Shown: one piece after another, positions 63,991 through 64,000 of the stretch
How positions within the stretch are numbered: position 1 is the first letter of the stretch
Layout of the letters: each line of letters opens with the position of its first letter
Origin: Clarias gariepinus
Lineage: Eukaryota
Assembly: GCF_024256425.1 (NCBI RefSeq)
Contig: NC_071115.1
Span: forward strand, 12,526,746-12,590,745
Length of the DNA: 64,000 nucleotides
Direction of reading: 5' to 3'
Made by a program: the position numbers and the translations under genes
Notes under the pieces: generated by a model
Databases searched by the model: none
Told to the model about the DNA's origin: nothing
The model's input: the letters and a program-made list of their open reading frames with translations, nothing else

Positions 63991-64000
63991 CATGTAACCT

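Noticed and set aside
1-64000. Prokaryotic-style features: CRISPR arrays, operons, RBS, phage or defence islands
   Set aside because: The sequence is clearly vertebrate nuclear DNA. It shows spliced genes, SINEs, microsatellites and CpG islands. No direct-repeat-plus-spacer architecture is present.

Overview
Eukaryotic (teleost fish-like) genomic DNA: spliced genes with GT-AG introns, CpG-island promoters, abundant microsatellites, tRNA-derived SINEs, Tc1/hAT/MITE DNA transposons. No prokaryotic features (CRISPR, operons) apply. Three protein-coding genes are reconstructed exon by exon from the sequence, all on the minus strand. (1) A complete major vault protein gene (mvp): 17 exons, 16 coding, 872 codons, about 23.5-40.6 kb. 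(2) A PRRT2-like dispanin gene at 17.1-18.3 kb, conserving the human 16p11.2 PRRT2-MVP neighbourhood. (3) A complete dynein axonemal light chain 4 gene (dnal4): 106 aa in 3 coding exons plus a 5' non-coding exon, 54.2-59.9 kb. A fourth candidate is a first coding exon (4170-4347, minus) whose amphipathic helical N-terminus resembles the N-terminal domain recurrent on fish C2H2 zinc-finger proteins (FiNZ-like). It sits in a CpG island and ends in a consensus donor. The rest of the window is repeat-rich. It holds at least 14 SINE copies, Tc1-like transposon fragments at three sites, a hAT-like and a long-TIR MITE-like element inside mvp introns, and a LINE fragment. There is also a 1.1-kb satellite with a 189-bp higher-order period, a 15-bp minisatellite, and many microsatellites, several of which abut mvp splice sites. 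The six-frame track calls GTG/TTG/CTG starts as M. Most listed ORFs are spurious, antisense to real exons, or TE-derived.
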